DNA of 56,452 bases from Corynebacterium sp. (GTDB lineage: Bacteria > Actinomycetota > Actinomycetes > Mycobacteriales > Mycobacteriaceae): contig NZ_DUOE01000050.1 in NCBI RefSeq assembly GCF_012838985.1, forward strand, positions 1 to 56,452, read 5' to 3'. The notes below the pieces were generated by a model. It made no database searches. It was not told the origin of the DNA and saw only the letters and a program-made list of their open reading frames with translations. A program made the translations under genes and the position numbers. Of the stretch, positions 8,281-19,514 are shown piece by piece. Position 1 is the first letter of the stretch. Every line of letters starts with the position of its first letter.

Positions 8281-10926
8281 TCACCGCTCGATGGCCTCGA
8301 GCGGCGGGACGGCGGCCGCCTTCACGGCGGGGATGATCGAGGCCAGGATGCCCACGACCACCGCCGCCCCGACCATGAGCGCGATGGCGGGCCAGGGGAT
8401 CTCCTGCACCGCCAGGCCCTTCTCGCTGAGCACACGGACGGCGGCCCAGCCGGCGGCCGTGCCCGTGACGACACCCACCACCGCGCCGTGCACGGTGATG
8501 ATGAGTGACTCGACCTCGATGATGCGGCGGATGTCGCGGCGCTGGAGCCCGATGGCGCGGAGCGTGCCGATCTCGCGGACACGTTCCGCCACCGAGAGCA
8601 GCAGCGTGTTGATGATGCCCAGCGTCGCGATGACCACCGCCAGGGCCAGCAGCGAGTAGATGATGAGGAGCAGCTGGTTGATCTGGGTGCCCAGCGCGGT
8701 GCTGTACTCCGCGTTCGACTTCACCTGGACGACCAGCAGCGGGGACATGGCGTCGTCGAGGTTGCGGCGCAGCTGCGGCCCGGGGACGGAGCCGTCGGAC
8801 GTGACGAACAGCGACTGGCGGTTGACCTGGGCGGCGGCGTTGTCGAGCACCTCCTCGGCGGCGGCCCAGCTCACCGCGATGTGGCCGAGCAGGGTGGTCT
8901 CCTCGTAGATGGCGGTCACCGGGATCCAGATGGCGTTCTCCTCGACGCCGTCGAGGACCGTCAGGGGGATGTAGTCGCCGACGCGGAGGTTGTTCTGCTC
9001 CGAGTACTCGGCGGACAGGGCGGCGGCCGGGGCGGAGCCGTCGCTCATCGCACCGCTGGTGATGCCGAGGTCCATGAACAGCGAGAAGTCGTTGTCGAGC
9101 ACCGTGGTGGTGCGGTGATTCCAGTTGTCGGCCTGGAGCGGGGCGGACATGAGGGTGCCGGTCTCCGCCACACCCTTCACCTGGTCGGCCACCTCCCGGA
9201 TGTCCGGCGGGAGGAAGAGTCCGCTGCTGCTGGTCGCCCGCCCCTGCACGGAACCACCGCCGAGACTGTCGAGGACCCAGGGGGCCGTGATCGTCGACTC
9301 GATGGCGCCGGAGACACTCGCCCGCGCCGAGGCGCCGACGGTGCCCACCCCGGCGACGAGCCCGACGCCCAGGGCCAGGGCCAGGGCGGAGGTCGCGGAA
9401 CGACGGGGGTTGCGCACCGCGTTCTGCCGGGCGATGGTGCCCACGACACCCAGGGGGAGGGTGAGTATCCGGCCGAGGGTCCGGCCGACGGCCGCGACGA
9501 GCGCCGGCCCGGCGAGCACCAGCGACCACAGACCCAGGAGCACCCCGACAGCGATGAGGGACAGCCGCAGGTCCACGGAGAGCACCCGGGTGTTGACGGA
9601 ACTGATGTACGCGGCGCCGAGGATCAGCAGCGTGCTGAACGCCGCCAGTGCCCCCGCCCCCAGGAGTTTGAGGATGGGGGCGCGGGAGGAGCGGGCGTCG
9701 GAAAGATCGAAGGACTGCACCGGCGGCAGCATGGCGGCGCGCCGGGCGGGGGCGAGGGAGGCCGCCATCGTGATGACCACGCCGAAGATCAGGGGAATGA
9801 CAAAAGCCTCCGGCGGCCACACCATGCGTAACGACGCGAGCTCCCCACCCGTCGCCCCGAACACCGCCAGCAGCACCGAGACGAAGGCCACGGACAGACC
9901 GATGCCGACCACTGAGCCGGCCAACCCGACGAACGCCGCCTCCAGGACCACGCTCACTGCGACCTGCACGGTGGACACACCCAGGGAACGGAGGAGGGCG
10001 AACTCGCGGGTGCGCTGGCCGACGACCATCGCGAAGGTGTTGACGATGTTGAGGGACCCGATGAACAACGCCACCGCACCGAAGATCACCAGGATGTAGC
10101 GGACGAACTCCAGCTGCTGGAGCCGGTCATCGGTCATGCGCTCGACGATCTGCTCCGGCAGCAGGGGAGTCAGCCCCCGGTAGGTGAGCCCCAGGCGGTT
10201 GCGCACCTCCATGGGGTCGGTGCCCGGCTCCACCGAGATGACGACCTGCGAGGCGAAGTCCCCCTCGGTGAACGAGGACAGATAGGTGTCCGGGGTGAAC
10301 ATCACCCCGATCCAGCCGGTCGTCTCCCGGGGGGACTCGTAGACGCCGACGAGGCGGACGTCGAGACGCTCCCGTGGACTGATGATGAGCAGGTCGTCGC
10401 CGATCTCCAGCCCGCCCCGCCGGACGGCGTTCGCGTTGACCATGACCTCGTCGGGGGTGATGGGCCAGCGGCCGTCGAGAAGCTCGGGGACGGGGCCGAC
10501 GAGCTCCCGGAACGGGTACGCCGCGAAAGGGTGGGCGCCGGAGGAACCGGCCTGCAGGGGAGTGTCGTCCGGGCCGACGACGATGATGCCGGAGGAGCCG
10601 GCGGAACGGGTGCCCGTCGGCAGGCCGGGGCCGTCACCGATGACGTTGACGGCGCGGACGTCCGGCCAGGCGCGGATCTCGTCGATGACGGAGAAGGGCA
10701 CGCCCTGCGGGGAGGAGGTGCTGCCGACGAGTCCGACATCGACGCCGTCGACACCCGCGTCGAGGATCTCGTCGAAGGACCGGGCCAGAGACGAGGTCAG
10801 CAGCAGCGACCCGGCGATGAACGCGGTGCCCAGGACGACGGACAGGAAGGTCAGGGCCAGTCGGCCCCGGTGGGCGTGGAGGGAACGCCTGGAGACGCGG
10901 AGGACCGGAGCCAGGCGACCCCTCAT
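8281..10926 (-). CDS. FtsX-like (type VII) ABC transporter permease, duplicated-domain form
   Basis: 881 aa with two FtsX repeats ([21 protein letters not shown]; [21 protein letters not shown]); no ATPase domain. Confidence 0.85.
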   Translation of the reverse strand: MRGRLAPVLRVSRRSLHAHRGRLALTFLSVVLGTAFIAGSLLLTSSLARSFDEILDAGVDGVDVGLVGSTSSPQGVPFSVIDEIRAWPDVRAVNVIGDGPGLPTGTRSAGSSGIIVVGPDDTPLQAGSSGAHPFAAYPFRELVGPVPELLDGRWPITPDEVMVNANAVRRGGLEIGDDLLIISPRERLDVRLVGVYESPRETTGWIGVMFTPDTYLSSFTEGDFASQVVISVEPGTDPMEVRNRLGLTYRGLTPLLPEQIVERMTDDRLQQLEFVRYILVIFGAVALFIGSLNIVNTFAMVVGQRTREFALLRSLGVSTVQVAVSVVLEAAFVGLAGSVVGIGLSVAFVSVLLAVFGATGGELASLRMVWPPEAFVIPLIFGVVITMAASLAPARRAAMLPPVQSFDLSDARSSRAPILKLLGAGALAAFSTLLILGAAYISSVNTRVLSVDLRLSLIAVGVLLGLWSLVLAGPALVAAVGRTLGRILTLPLGVVGTIARQNAVRNPRRSATSALALALGVGLVAGVGTVGASARASVSGAIESTITAPWVLDSLGGGSVQGRATSSSGLFLPPDIREVADQVKGVAETGTLMSAPLQADNWNHRTTTVLDNDFSLFMDLGITSGAMSDGSAPAAALSAEYSEQNNLRVGDYIPLTVLDGVEENAIWIPVTAIYEETTLLGHIAVSWAAAEEVLDNAAAQVNRQSLFVTSDGSVPGPQLRRNLDDAMSPLLVVQVKSNAEYSTALGTQINQLLLIIYSLLALAVVIATLGIINTLLLSVAERVREIGTLRAIGLQRRDIRRIIEVESLIITVHGAVVGVVTGTAAGWAAVRVLSEKGLAVQEIPWPAIALMVGAAVVVGILASIIPAVKAAAVPPLEAIER

Positions 10927-11795
10927 CGCGACGCCGGGTGGACGGCCGTGAACCCTCCGGCGGCACGACGCCCGCAGTGCTCGGCGAGGATGTCATAGGA
11001 GGGCTGACCCATCAGGGCGATGAGCTCCTGGCGCATCGACTTCCACAACGGGTCCGGGTGCGTGTGGCACGCGCTCGCACCCGAGCACCACCAGTCGAAG
11101 TCCTCGCCGCCGTTGCCCCAGGCACGGCGGTCGTACTCACCGATGGTGGTGCGCAGGATCTCGACGCCGTCGGTGCGCTCCTCATAGTCCTCGTAGCGGC
11201 GCAGCGGCACCTGCCAGCACACCTCCGGCTTCTCGACGGTCAGGTCACGCCCCTCCGCCACCGCCCACTGGTGGATGGCACAGCCGGTGCCCGTGGGCCA
11301 GCCCTCACGGTTGGCGAAGATGCAGGCACCGCCGAGGGTCTTCGTCTTGAGGGACGGCTCGGCCTCACCGTCGTCACCGTCGAGCTCATCCCACTCGAGC
11401 CAGGGCTCGAGATCGATGGCCTCCCCCGTGGCGAAGTACTCGTCCACCCCCTTAGGGCGGTGCTGCCAGTACTTCGCGGGCATCTCGTGGACGGCGTTGT
11501 ACAACTGGTCGCGGTCGGTCTCATCGGCGAGGTAGGCACCGTGGACGCAGCAGCCGATGTCGGTCTGCTGGAAGTCGATGCCCTGGCACGCCTCCTGCCC
11601 GAAATGGCAGGTGTAATGGGATTCCACCCAGGTCAGGTCGATGCTGAAGGTGTGGAGGGGATCTTCGGGATTGACGAACTCGAACCACTCCCGCGGAAAG
11701 TCGGGGGCGGCCTCAGCGCCGGCGAGAATCTGCTTGCCGGCGGGAGAAGACTCGGGGAAACCCAGAAAAACCTGGGTGGAACGTGGGCGATTCAC
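10923..11795 (-). CDS. Conserved Cys-rich hypothetical protein (DUF3109-like)
   Basis: [10 protein letters not shown]...GCCVHGA...GACIF...GCAIH...KPEVCWQVP; start chosen at GTG 11795 to avoid overlap with ppx. Confidence 0.7.
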   Translation of the reverse strand: MNRPRSTQVFLGFPESSPAGKQILAGAEAAPDFPREWFEFVNPEDPLHTFSIDLTWVESHYTCHFGQEACQGIDFQQTDIGCCVHGAYLADETDRDQLYNAVHEMPAKYWQHRPKGVDEYFATGEAIDLEPWLEWDELDGDDGEAEPSLKTKTLGGACIFANREGWPTGTGCAIHQWAVAEGRDLTVEKPEVCWQVPLRRYEDYEERTDGVEILRTTIGEYDRRAWGNGGEDFDWWCSGASACHTHPDPLWKSMRQELIALMGQPSYDILAEHCGRRAAGGFTAVHPASR

Positions 11796-11829
11796 ACTTG
11801 TCCACGTTAGACCGTCTACCCTTGAACAT

Positions 11830-12780
11830 GTGCGACTAGGTGTATTGGACGTGGGCAGTAACACTGTCCACATGGTGGCGGTTGACGCCCGTAACGGTGG
11901 TCACCCGACCCCGATGAGCGACTGGAAGACGAGTCTGCGACTCGTCGAGCTCATCGACGGCGACGGTGCCATCGGCGACAAGGGCGTCAAGAGGCTGACG
12001 AATGCCGTGGCGGAGGCCGCGGACCTCGCGAAGACCCTCGGATGTCAGGAGGTCATGTCGTTCGCGACCTCGGCGGTCCGTTCGGCGACGAACTCCGATG
12101 AGGTCCTCGACTCCGTGGAGGACGAGACAGGCGTGCGCCTCGAGGTCCTCTCCGGTGAGGACGAGGCGCGGCTGACTTTCCTCGCGGTGCGCCGCTGGTA
12201 CGGCTGGTCCGCCGACCGCATCACCAACCTGGACATCGGCGGCGGCTCCCTCGAGCTGTCCACCGGTTCCGACGAGACCCCCGACGTCGCGATCTCCCTG
12301 GATCTCGGCGCCGGTCGACTCACCCACCAGTGGTTCAACACCGACCCGCCGGAGCGCAAGAAGGTCAACCTGCTCCGTGACTACATCGACGCCGAGCTCG
12401 TCGAGCCCGCTCGTCAGATGCGCGCCTACGGCACCGCCGGCCTGGCTGTCGGAACGTCGAAGACCTTCCGCACCCTCGCCCGACTCACCGGTGCCGCACC
12501 CAGCGCCGAAGGCCCCTACATCAAGCGCACCCTGACCGCACCGGGTCTGCGCCAGCTCATCGCCTTCATCTCCCGCATGACCGCCGCCGACCGCGCGGAG
12601 CTCGAGGGCATCAGTTCGGACCGTTCACACCAGATCGTCGCCGGTGCACTCGTGGCCGAGGCCAGCATGCGTGCCCTCGGCCTGGAGAAGATCGAGATCT
12701 GCCCCTGGGCGCTGCGCGAGGGTGTCATCCTCCGTCGCATCGACAAGGGGCTCGATCAGATCCCTGAGGAAAGGAAGTGA
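11830..12780 (+). CDS. ppx: Ppx/GppA exopolyphosphatase
   Basis: [43 protein letters not shown]. Confidence 0.92.
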   Translation: MRLGVLDVGSNTVHMVAVDARNGGHPTPMSDWKTSLRLVELIDGDGAIGDKGVKRLTNAVAEAADLAKTLGCQEVMSFATSAVRSATNSDEVLDSVEDETGVRLEVLSGEDEARLTFLAVRRWYGWSADRITNLDIGGGSLELSTGSDETPDVAISLDLGAGRLTHQWFNTDPPERKKVNLLRDYIDAELVEPARQMRAYGTAGLAVGTSKTFRTLARLTGAAPSAEGPYIKRTLTAPGLRQLIAFISRMTAADRAELEGISSDRSHQIVAGALVAEASMRALGLEKIEICPWALREGVILRRIDKGLDQIPEERK

Positions 12781-12782
12781 CC

Positions 12783-13598
12783 ATGAGCGACAAGCAGCTG
12801 ACAGTCGCAGAGTTGCTCGCCCGCTCCGGCCGGGACACGGGGGACAGCAAGGCCCCCCGCCCTCGCCGTCGACGCAGCCTGGAGGAGGGCGGCATCTCCG
12901 TCGCCGAACTCACCGGGTCGATCCCGGCCGTCAAGGCCAAGCCCGCCGAGTCGAAGCACTCGTCCGTGCCGATCGACGCACCCGCGGAGGAGACGCCGAC
13001 TCCCGCCGCACAGGAACTGAGCCCGGTCGACAGGACCGCCGCCAAGGTCGCTGAGAAGCAGGCGGAGAAGACCGCGAAGACCGAGAAGGCCGCGAAGGTC
13101 GAGAAGCCGGCCTCCCCGACCCCGGGCACCGACGAGACCGTCGTGTTCCAGAAGGTCCAGGGCGAGGAGCCGGAGAAGGCTGCCCCGGCCCCCGAGACCG
13201 GGGAGATCCCGGCGGTCAAGACCGCCACAGCCACAGCCACCGCCACCGTCGCACCGGAGGTGGACGTGGAGGAGGCGGACGTCGAGAAGCAGGCGGAGCC
13301 TGACACTCTCGAGGACGCCGAGGACACCGGGGAAGTCGAGGAGAAGACCTCGGTCACCGGTGTGATCCTCATGGCGCTGATCGGCATCGTGCTCGGTGTC
13401 GTGGTGTTCAAGGGCTTCGAGCTGCTGTGGGAGAACTTCTCCCGTCCGGTGGTCGCCGTGCTGGCTGTCGTGGCGACGGTGGGGATCGTGGGTGTCGTGA
13501 AGGCCCTGCGTACCGTGAACGACGGTCTGTCGATGTTCCTGGCGGGTCTCGTCGGTCTGGTGATGACGTTCGGGCCGCTGGCGGTCGTGCTCATCTGA
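12783..13598 (+). CDS. Conserved actinobacterial membrane protein ([10 protein letters not shown]-terminus, low-complexity linker, 3 C-terminal TM helices)
   Basis: Hydrophobic C-terminus; conserved position between ppx and proC; start could be GTG 12777. Confidence 0.75.
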   Translation: MSDKQLTVAELLARSGRDTGDSKAPRPRRRRSLEEGGISVAELTGSIPAVKAKPAESKHSSVPIDAPAEETPTPAAQELSPVDRTAAKVAEKQAEKTAKTEKAAKVEKPASPTPGTDETVVFQKVQGEEPEKAAPAPETGEIPAVKTATATATATVAPEVDVEEADVEKQAEPDTLEDAEDTGEVEEKTSVTGVILMALIGIVLGVVVFKGFELLWENFSRPVVAVLAVVATVGIVGVVKALRTVNDGLSMFLAGLVGLVMTFGPLAVVLI

Positions 13599-13620
13599 CC
13601 GATGTGGCACTCTGGTGGCC

Positions 13621-14436
13621 ATGACGAAAATTGTGGTTATCGGAGGAGGCAAGATCGGCGAGGCGCTGATCTCGGGTCTCGTCAACGCGGGGGTCTCCCC
13701 GCAGTCGATCACGGTCACCGGCCGTCGTGCCGAGCGTGGCGAGGAGCTGCGTGAGCGCTACGGGGTGCGTGATTCGACCGACAACCGGCAGGCCGCCGAG
13801 GACGCCGATGTGGTGTTCCTGTGCGTGAAGCCGAAGATGATCATCGATGTGCTGGGGGAGATCAGCGGGGCCATCGAGGAGAACGACGTCACCACCGTGC
13901 TCGTCTCCATGGCGGCGGGTGTCCCGCTGGCCGCGATGGAGGACGCCGTCGTCGCCGGTACTCCGGTCGTGCGTGTCATGCCGAACACCCCGATGCTGGT
14001 GGGTCGTGGCATGAACGCCATCGCGACGGGGCGCTTCGTCACCCCCGAGCAGCTGGAGCAGGTGCAGGAGCTCCTGTCGGCCGTGGGTGAGGTGCTGCCG
14101 GTGGAGGAGTCGGACATGGACGCCGTCACGGCGCTCGCGGGTTCCTCGCCCGCCTACTTCTTCCTCGTGGCGGAATCGCTCATCGACGCCGGCGTCTCCC
14201 TGGGGCTCACCCGCGACGTCGCGGAGAAGCTGGTGGTCACCTCCGCCGCAGGTGCGGGCATCATGCTGTCCGAGTCCGGGCAGGATCCGGCGACCCTGCG
14301 TGCCAACGTGTCCTCCCCGGCGGGCACCACGGTGGCGGCGCTGCGGGAGCTGGAGGAGTCGGGTATCCGCGGGGCTTTCTTCCGGGCCACGGAGGCCTGC
14401 GCGCGACGTTCGGAGGAGCTCGGCAACACCCCCTGA
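13621..14436 (+). CDS. proC: Pyrroline-5-carboxylate reductase
   Basis: [27 protein letters not shown]. Confidence 0.95.
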   Translation: MTKIVVIGGGKIGEALISGLVNAGVSPQSITVTGRRAERGEELRERYGVRDSTDNRQAAEDADVVFLCVKPKMIIDVLGEISGAIEENDVTTVLVSMAAGVPLAAMEDAVVAGTPVVRVMPNTPMLVGRGMNAIATGRFVTPEQLEQVQELLSAVGEVLPVEESDMDAVTALAGSSPAYFFLVAESLIDAGVSLGLTRDVAEKLVVTSAAGAGIMLSESGQDPATLRANVSSPAGTTVAALRELEESGIRGAFFRATEACARRSEELGNTP

Positions 14437-14583
14437 GGGGTATCATGGTGGGAAATTCGGAAAAATCGGGCACTTAAGTCGCAGCAGTCACACAATTCAC
14501 GCTAAGCTTGTCCAAGCACGTGCGTGTCCGTCCTGCGGGAGGGGAAGCCTGCAGCGCGCCACATGCTGAAGGGTTGGATGAAT

Positions 14584-14775
14584 ATGACTAATGCAGACAA
14601 GGGCACCTTTCTCACGGTTGCGGAGGTCGCGGAGATCATGCGCGTCTCGAAGATGACCGTGTACCGGCTGGTTCACTCCGGTGACCTGCCGGCGGTCCGC
14701 GTGGGCCGTTCCTTCCGTGTTCACGAGAAGGCGGTCGACGACTACCTGGACTCCTCGTACTACGAGGTCGGTTAA
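14584..14775 (+). CDS. Excisionase-like HTH DNA-binding protein (63 aa)
   Basis: FLTVAEVAEIMRVSKMTVYRLVHSGDLPAVRVGRSFRV; conserved actinobacterial gene after proC. Confidence 0.9.
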   Translation: MTNADKGTFLTVAEVAEIMRVSKMTVYRLVHSGDLPAVRVGRSFRVHEKAVDDYLDSSYYEVG

Positions 14776-14788
14776 GCCCCTGAGCGTC

Positions 14789-14830
14789 ACTGCGGCGCCG
14801 GTCACTCCTGTGGGTGACCGGCGCCGCAGT
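14789..14830 (+). terminator. Intrinsic terminator-like hairpin
   Basis: ACTGCGGCGCCGGTCAC-N8-GTGACCGGCGCCGCAGT followed by CTTT. Confidence 0.7.
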
Positions 14831-15001
14831 CTTTCCGCCGCTTTCAAAGGGGAGTCACTTTTGGTCGCCCGGCAGGGCGCCGGTATGATGGACCGCATTC
14901 GTGCCGACGGTACCTACCCGCGCAGCCAGCGTGGCCGAGAGTGCACCTCGAGGAATGTCGGCAGGTTAAGTACGTACTCACTCACTATCTGAGGAGACCC
15001 C

Positions 15002-15103
15002 ATGGGTTCTGTCATCAAGAAGCGCCGCAAGCGCATGTCCAAGAAGAAGCACCGCAAGATGCTGCGCCGCACCCGCGTTCAGCGCAGGAAGCTGGGCAAG
15101 TAA
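15002..15103 (+). CDS. 30S ribosomal protein bS22 (33 aa)
   Basis: [33 protein letters not shown]; GAGGAG SD; missed by the ORF track. Confidence 0.95.
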   Translation: MGSVIKKRRKRMSKKKHRKMLRRTRVQRRKLGK

Positions 15104-15111
15104 GCCGTGAA

Positions 15112-15149
15112 CACCACAGGCCGTCTCCTCCGGGAGACGGCCTGTGGTG
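15112..15149. terminator. Bidirectional terminator hairpin
   Basis: Perfect 17-bp stem CACCACAGGCCGTCTCC/GGAGACGGCCTGTGGTG between convergent genes. Confidence 0.75.
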
Positions 15150-15161
15150 ATTCCGGGTGCC

Positions 15162-16232
15162 TCACAGCTCGTGTGGGGCGCCGGGCGGACGTTTCCGGAC
15201 CAGCCGCCAGGAGCCCACGCTCACGGCCGTGGTGAGCAGTGCGGGCAGTCCGAAGGTGCGGACCGCGCGCCGGACCGAACGGTAGTCACGGATCTGCCAG
15301 CCGCGGCGCTCGGCCTCCCTGCGCAGCTTGGTGTCCGGGTTGATGGCCACCGCCGTGCCGACCATCGAGAGCATGGGGATGTCGTTGATGGAGTCCGAGT
15401 AGGCGGTGCAGCGCTGCAGGTCGAGCTGCTCGATGGCGGCCAGGGCGGCGACGGCGTGCTTCTTGCCGGGCCCGTGGAGGATGTCACCGACGAGACGTCC
15501 GGTGAACCGGCCGTCCTCCACCTCGGCGACGGTGCCCAGCGCCCCGGTGAACCCGAAACGCTTCGCCAGGATGTGGGCCAGCTGGACGGGCGTGGCCGAG
15601 ACCAGCCACACCTGGTGGCCGGCGTTGAGGTGCATGCGGGCCAGCTCGCGGGTGGCGGGCCAGGCCTTGTCGATCATGGAGGAGTCGACGATGTCCTCGC
15701 ACAGTTCCACGAGCTCGTCGACACGCCTGCCCTTGATGAACTCGAGGGCCTGGTTACGGCCCTCGGCGACGTCGGCGGCGTTCTCGGAGCCCGTGAAACG
15801 GAACTTGATCTGCTTCCAGGCGATGGGGAGGACCTCGGAGGGGCGGAAGTACTTCCGGCGGGCCAGACCCATCGCGAACACGATGAGGGAGGAACCCTGG
15901 ATGAGGGTGTTGTCCACGTCGAAGAAGGCGGCGGCGCCGACGTCCTGGGGGATGTCGGGGTCCGGTTGCGAGATGTGGATGCCGCCGGCGGCCTCGATGG
16001 AGCCGGAGACGGAGTCGACGCCCGAGGAGAAGGCGTCGAGCTCGATGCCGAAGGTCTCCCGGACGGCGGCGGCTGCGGCGGCCTCACCGGCGGTGCGCTG
16101 GGACTCCTCGTCGATGGGCGGCAGGGCGCGGTCCTCGAGGAAGCGGCGCAGGTTGCCTCGCGTGGCGCTCCAGCTGGCGAGGAACTCCGCAGGCGTTCCG
16201 GGGAACAGGGGATCCGGGTGGGAGGGGCTCAC
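15162..16232 (-). CDS. HAD-IB family hydrolase (SerB-like)
   Basis: AFFDVDNTL motif I, LVSAT, GKK, YSDSIND; start chosen at GTG 16232. Confidence 0.85.
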   Translation of the reverse strand: MSPSHPDPLFPGTPAEFLASWSATRGNLRRFLEDRALPPIDEESQRTAGEAAAAAAVRETFGIELDAFSSGVDSVSGSIEAAGGIHISQPDPDIPQDVGAAAFFDVDNTLIQGSSLIVFAMGLARRKYFRPSEVLPIAWKQIKFRFTGSENAADVAEGRNQALEFIKGRRVDELVELCEDIVDSSMIDKAWPATRELARMHLNAGHQVWLVSATPVQLAHILAKRFGFTGALGTVAEVEDGRFTGRLVGDILHGPGKKHAVAALAAIEQLDLQRCTAYSDSINDIPMLSMVGTAVAINPDTKLRREAERRGWQIRDYRSVRRAVRTFGLPALLTTAVSVGSWRLVRKRPPGAPHEL

Positions 16233-16317
16233 GTCGCGGTCCGAGCCTTCCTGTGTGTTTGGGTGGACGGGTGGGGCGGTATCGTGTCCATGGTAGGCCC
16301 GGATGAAGGAGACTGTG

Positions 16318-16554
16318 ATGGCTGAGTCGGTGGAGCTGCTGATCCGGTCGACGTGTGGCTCGTGTGGGCGCGTCGAGAAGCAGATCACGCCTGTCGTCGA
16401 GGCGGCGGGGCTGTCCCTCGCCGTGGTGGACGTCGATGAGGACCGGGGGCTGAAACTCGAGTTCGGGGACCGTGTTCCGGTGGTACTCGTCGACGGCGAG
16501 GAGTTCGCCTGCTGGGAGGTCGACAGTGACGAACTGGCGGCGGCGCTGGCCTGA
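16318..16554 (+). CDS. Glutaredoxin-like protein (mycoredoxin/DUF836-like)
   Basis: CGSC motif, RVPVVLVDG; AAGGAG SD. Confidence 0.82.
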   Translation: MAESVELLIRSTCGSCGRVEKQITPVVEAAGLSLAVVDVDEDRGLKLEFGDRVPVVLVDGEEFACWEVDSDELAAALA

Positions 16555-16682
16555 CCGGGCGGGGCGGCTGTGGATTTCCCGCCCATCGGGGGTATCCTTT
16601 TGTATGATCCGCCCCGTGGGTGCGTGTACAGCGCGCCCCGGGGTCTGTGAATTGAAGTAAGCGGAAAGCGGTGAAGGAAAAC

Positions 16683-18014
16683 GTGAGTGTGCTCGTCGTG
16701 GGAATGTCTCACAGGTCAGCACCGGTCGCCCTCCTCGAGCGGCTGAGCATGGACGAGACGGTCCGCCACGACACGACCTCGCGCCTGGTGGAACGCCCCT
16801 CGCTCAGCGAGGCGATGATCGTGTCCACCTGCAACAGGCTCGAGATCTACTCGGTGACCAACTCGTTCCACTCCGGCGTCCAGGACGTCGTCGAGGTGCT
16901 CCACGAGATCTCCGACGTCGACATCGACACCCTCCGCGGCTACCTCTACGTCCGGTACGCGGACGCGGCCGCGGAGCACATGATGGTCGTCGCCTCCGGA
17001 CTGGACTCCATGGTCGTCGGCGAGCAGCAGATCATCGGCCAGGTGCGCACCGCGTACCAGGAGGCCAGTGAGAAGGGCACCGTCGGCCAGACGCTGCACC
17101 GCCTGGCCCAGACCGCCCTGCACACCGGCAAGCGTGTGCACTCGGAGACCGACATCGACGACGCGGGAGCCTCCATGGTCTCCGTCGCCGTCGACGAGGC
17201 CCTCGGGCACCTGCGCACCGACAACCTGGAGGGCAGGGTCGCCCTCGTCCTCGGGGCCGGCGCGATGGCCTCCCTGGCGGCGACGCACCTGGGACGGCTC
17301 GGTGTGGAGAAGCTCGTCATCTCCAACCGCACCCGCAGCCGCGCGGAACGCCTCGCCGAGCACTCCCGTGAGGCGGGCGTCCCGGCCGACGTCATCGACT
17401 TCGACGACCGTGCCTCCGCCCTGTCCTACGTCGACCTCGCGGTCTCCGCGACGGGCGCCGACGACTTCACCATCACCCCCGCCGACATCCCGGCGGAGCG
17501 CCCCCGCGACCTCATGCTCGTCGACCTGTCCATGCCGCGTGACATCGACGACGCCGTCGTCGAGTCCGAGGGCGTGCACCTGGTCAACATCGAGCGCCTC
17601 CACCAGACCATCTCCGGCCGCGGCGAGAACGCCACCGGCCACGAGGAGGCGCTGGCCATCGTCGCGGAGCAGCTGCAGGAGTACAGCTCCGAGCAGCGGG
17701 TCCGCGACGTCGTCCCCGCCGTGTCCGCCCTGCGCCGGCACGCCGCGGAGCTCATCGAGTCGGAACTGGACCGCCTGCGCGGGCGTACCCCGGCCATCGA
17801 CGACCCCGACTTCGAGGAGGTGTCGCGGACGGTGCGCCGGGTCGTCGACAAGCTCCTCCACGAGCCGACCGTGCGCGTGAAGCAGCTCGCCGCCGAGTCC
17901 GGCGTCGTGTCCTATGAATCCGCGCTCCAGGAGCTGTTCGGCCTCCAGACCGAGGCTCCGGCCGTCGCCGTCGACGTCGCCGACCTGCCCGAGGGCAAGC
18001 TCACCACCAACTAA
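16683..18014 (+). CDS. hemA: Glutamyl-tRNA reductase
   Basis: [35 protein letters not shown]. Confidence 0.97.
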   Translation: MSVLVVGMSHRSAPVALLERLSMDETVRHDTTSRLVERPSLSEAMIVSTCNRLEIYSVTNSFHSGVQDVVEVLHEISDVDIDTLRGYLYVRYADAAAEHMMVVASGLDSMVVGEQQIIGQVRTAYQEASEKGTVGQTLHRLAQTALHTGKRVHSETDIDDAGASMVSVAVDEALGHLRTDNLEGRVALVLGAGAMASLAATHLGRLGVEKLVISNRTRSRAERLAEHSREAGVPADVIDFDDRASALSYVDLAVSATGADDFTITPADIPAERPRDLMLVDLSMPRDIDDAVVESEGVHLVNIERLHQTISGRGENATGHEEALAIVAEQLQEYSSEQRVRDVVPAVSALRRHAAELIESELDRLRGRTPAIDDPDFEEVSRTVRRVVDKLLHEPTVRVKQLAAESGVVSYESALQELFGLQTEAPAVAVDVADLPEGKLTTN

Positions 18015-18025
18015 GGAGAACACAC

Positions 18026-18925
18026 GTGACCCGCACGACCCTGAAGATCGGTACCCGCCGCTCCAAGCTCGCCACCACCCAGGCCGGCCACATGCGCGAC
18101 GCCCTCATCGCCGAGGGGTACGACGCTGAACTCCACCTGGTCACCACCGAGGGTGACGTGAACATGGCGCCGGTCGAGCGTATCGGCGTGGGCGTGTTCA
18201 CCCAGCGCCTGCGTGAGGTGATGGCCGCCGGTGAGTGTGACATCGCCGTCCACTCCTTCAAGGACCTGCCCACCGCCCCGGACGAGCGTTTCCACCTCGT
18301 CGTCCCCGTGCGTGCCGACGCCCGCGAGGCGCTCATCGCCCGCGACGGCCTCACCCTGGACACCCTGCCGGAGGGCGCCCGCGTGGGCACCTCCGCCCCG
18401 CGCCGCATCTCCCAGCTCAAGGCACACCGCCCGGACCTGGACATCCGCCCGCTGCGCGGCAACATCGAGACCCGCATGGGCTACGTCACCGACGGTGAGC
18501 TCGACGCCGTGGTGCTGGCCTACGCCGGCCTGTCCCGCGTCGAGATGGGCGACCGCGCCACCCAGGTCTTCGGCCCGGAGATCATCCTCCCGGCCCCCGC
18601 CCAGGGTGCGCTGGCCATCGAGTGCCGCGCGGACGACGAGGAGGCGATCGCCGCGATCGACAAGCTCCTCGACACCGACGCCTTCACCTGCGCCACCACC
18701 GAGCGCATCGTGCTCAACCGCCTGGAGGCCGGCTGCACCGCCCCGGTCGCCTCCCACTCCACGATCGACGCGGACGGCACGATCCACCTGACCGCCGGCG
18801 TCTTCGCCCTCGACGGTTCCGAGCAGCTCCTCTACGAGGGCACCGGCACCGATCCGGTGGCCCTCGGTGAGGCCGCCGCCGCCGATCTCCTCGGCCGTGG
18901 CGCCGCGAATCTCATCGACCGGTGA
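18026..18925 (+). CDS. hemC: Hydroxymethylbilane synthase
   Basis: [48 protein letters not shown]. Confidence 0.97.
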   Translation: MTRTTLKIGTRRSKLATTQAGHMRDALIAEGYDAELHLVTTEGDVNMAPVERIGVGVFTQRLREVMAAGECDIAVHSFKDLPTAPDERFHLVVPVRADAREALIARDGLTLDTLPEGARVGTSAPRRISQLKAHRPDLDIRPLRGNIETRMGYVTDGELDAVVLAYAGLSRVEMGDRATQVFGPEIILPAPAQGALAIECRADDEEAIAAIDKLLDTDAFTCATTERIVLNRLEAGCTAPVASHSTIDADGTIHLTAGVFALDGSEQLLYEGTGTDPVALGEAAAADLLGRGAANLIDR

Positions 18926-18951
18926 TGATTTCGCTGTAGACTGGTCAGACC

Positions 18952-19323
18952 ATGGCTGTTCTCAAGATCACCGACCGGCAGGTCACCGTCACCCTGGACT
19001 GGTGGGAGAAGATCGCCGCCCGGCGTTCCCACCTCACCATCCCCACCCGGGTCATCACGGACGTCCGGGTGGTCGAGGACGCCTGCAGCCTGGCCGCCGC
19101 CGTACCCGCGCACAAGCGGGCCCCCGGCACCCGGATCAGGGGTGTGACCAGCACGGGCACCTTCACAGCCAACGACGGCTCCCGTGCCAGCACCTTCGCG
19201 GTGTGCCACGGCCGGGGCCCGGGCATCCTCATTGACCTGCAGTCCGCGACGGTCAACCGCATCATCATCTCCACCCCGAAGGCGGACGAGTACGCCGAGA
19301 AGCTGGCGCGCATCGTGCGCTGA
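18952..19323 (+). CDS. Hypothetical protein (123 aa)
   Basis: ORF fills the gap after hemC; RAPGT motif; codon usage matches neighbours. Confidence 0.7.
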   Translation: MAVLKITDRQVTVTLDWWEKIAARRSHLTIPTRVITDVRVVEDACSLAAAVPAHKRAPGTRIRGVTSTGTFTANDGSRASTFAVCHGRGPGILIDLQSATVNRIIISTPKADEYAEKLARIVR

Positions 19324-19514
19324 CCCCGCTGACCCCGCTGGCCCCGCAGTGACCCCGGGGTCACATTTTTTCGTAATCCGGGCTTCCTAAATTAAGGTGT
19401 GAATACCACACCATCATTTCCCCGTGATCGTATGGCCCCCTTATAGGCACGAACACGGGTGTCGATGTGTTTCCAGACCTGTTGTGAGCATTCCCCACAC
19501 TAGAAAAGATCCGT

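Noticed and set aside
13221-13250. GCCACA/GCCACC repeats, and PTEL repeats at 46260-46310
   Set aside because: In-frame low-complexity linkers; not CRISPR or mobile repeats. No CRISPR array was seen in the window.
14584-14775. Excisionase-like HTH as a sign of a prophage
   Set aside because: A conserved core gene between proC and bS22 in Actinobacteria; no integrase or phage genes nearby.
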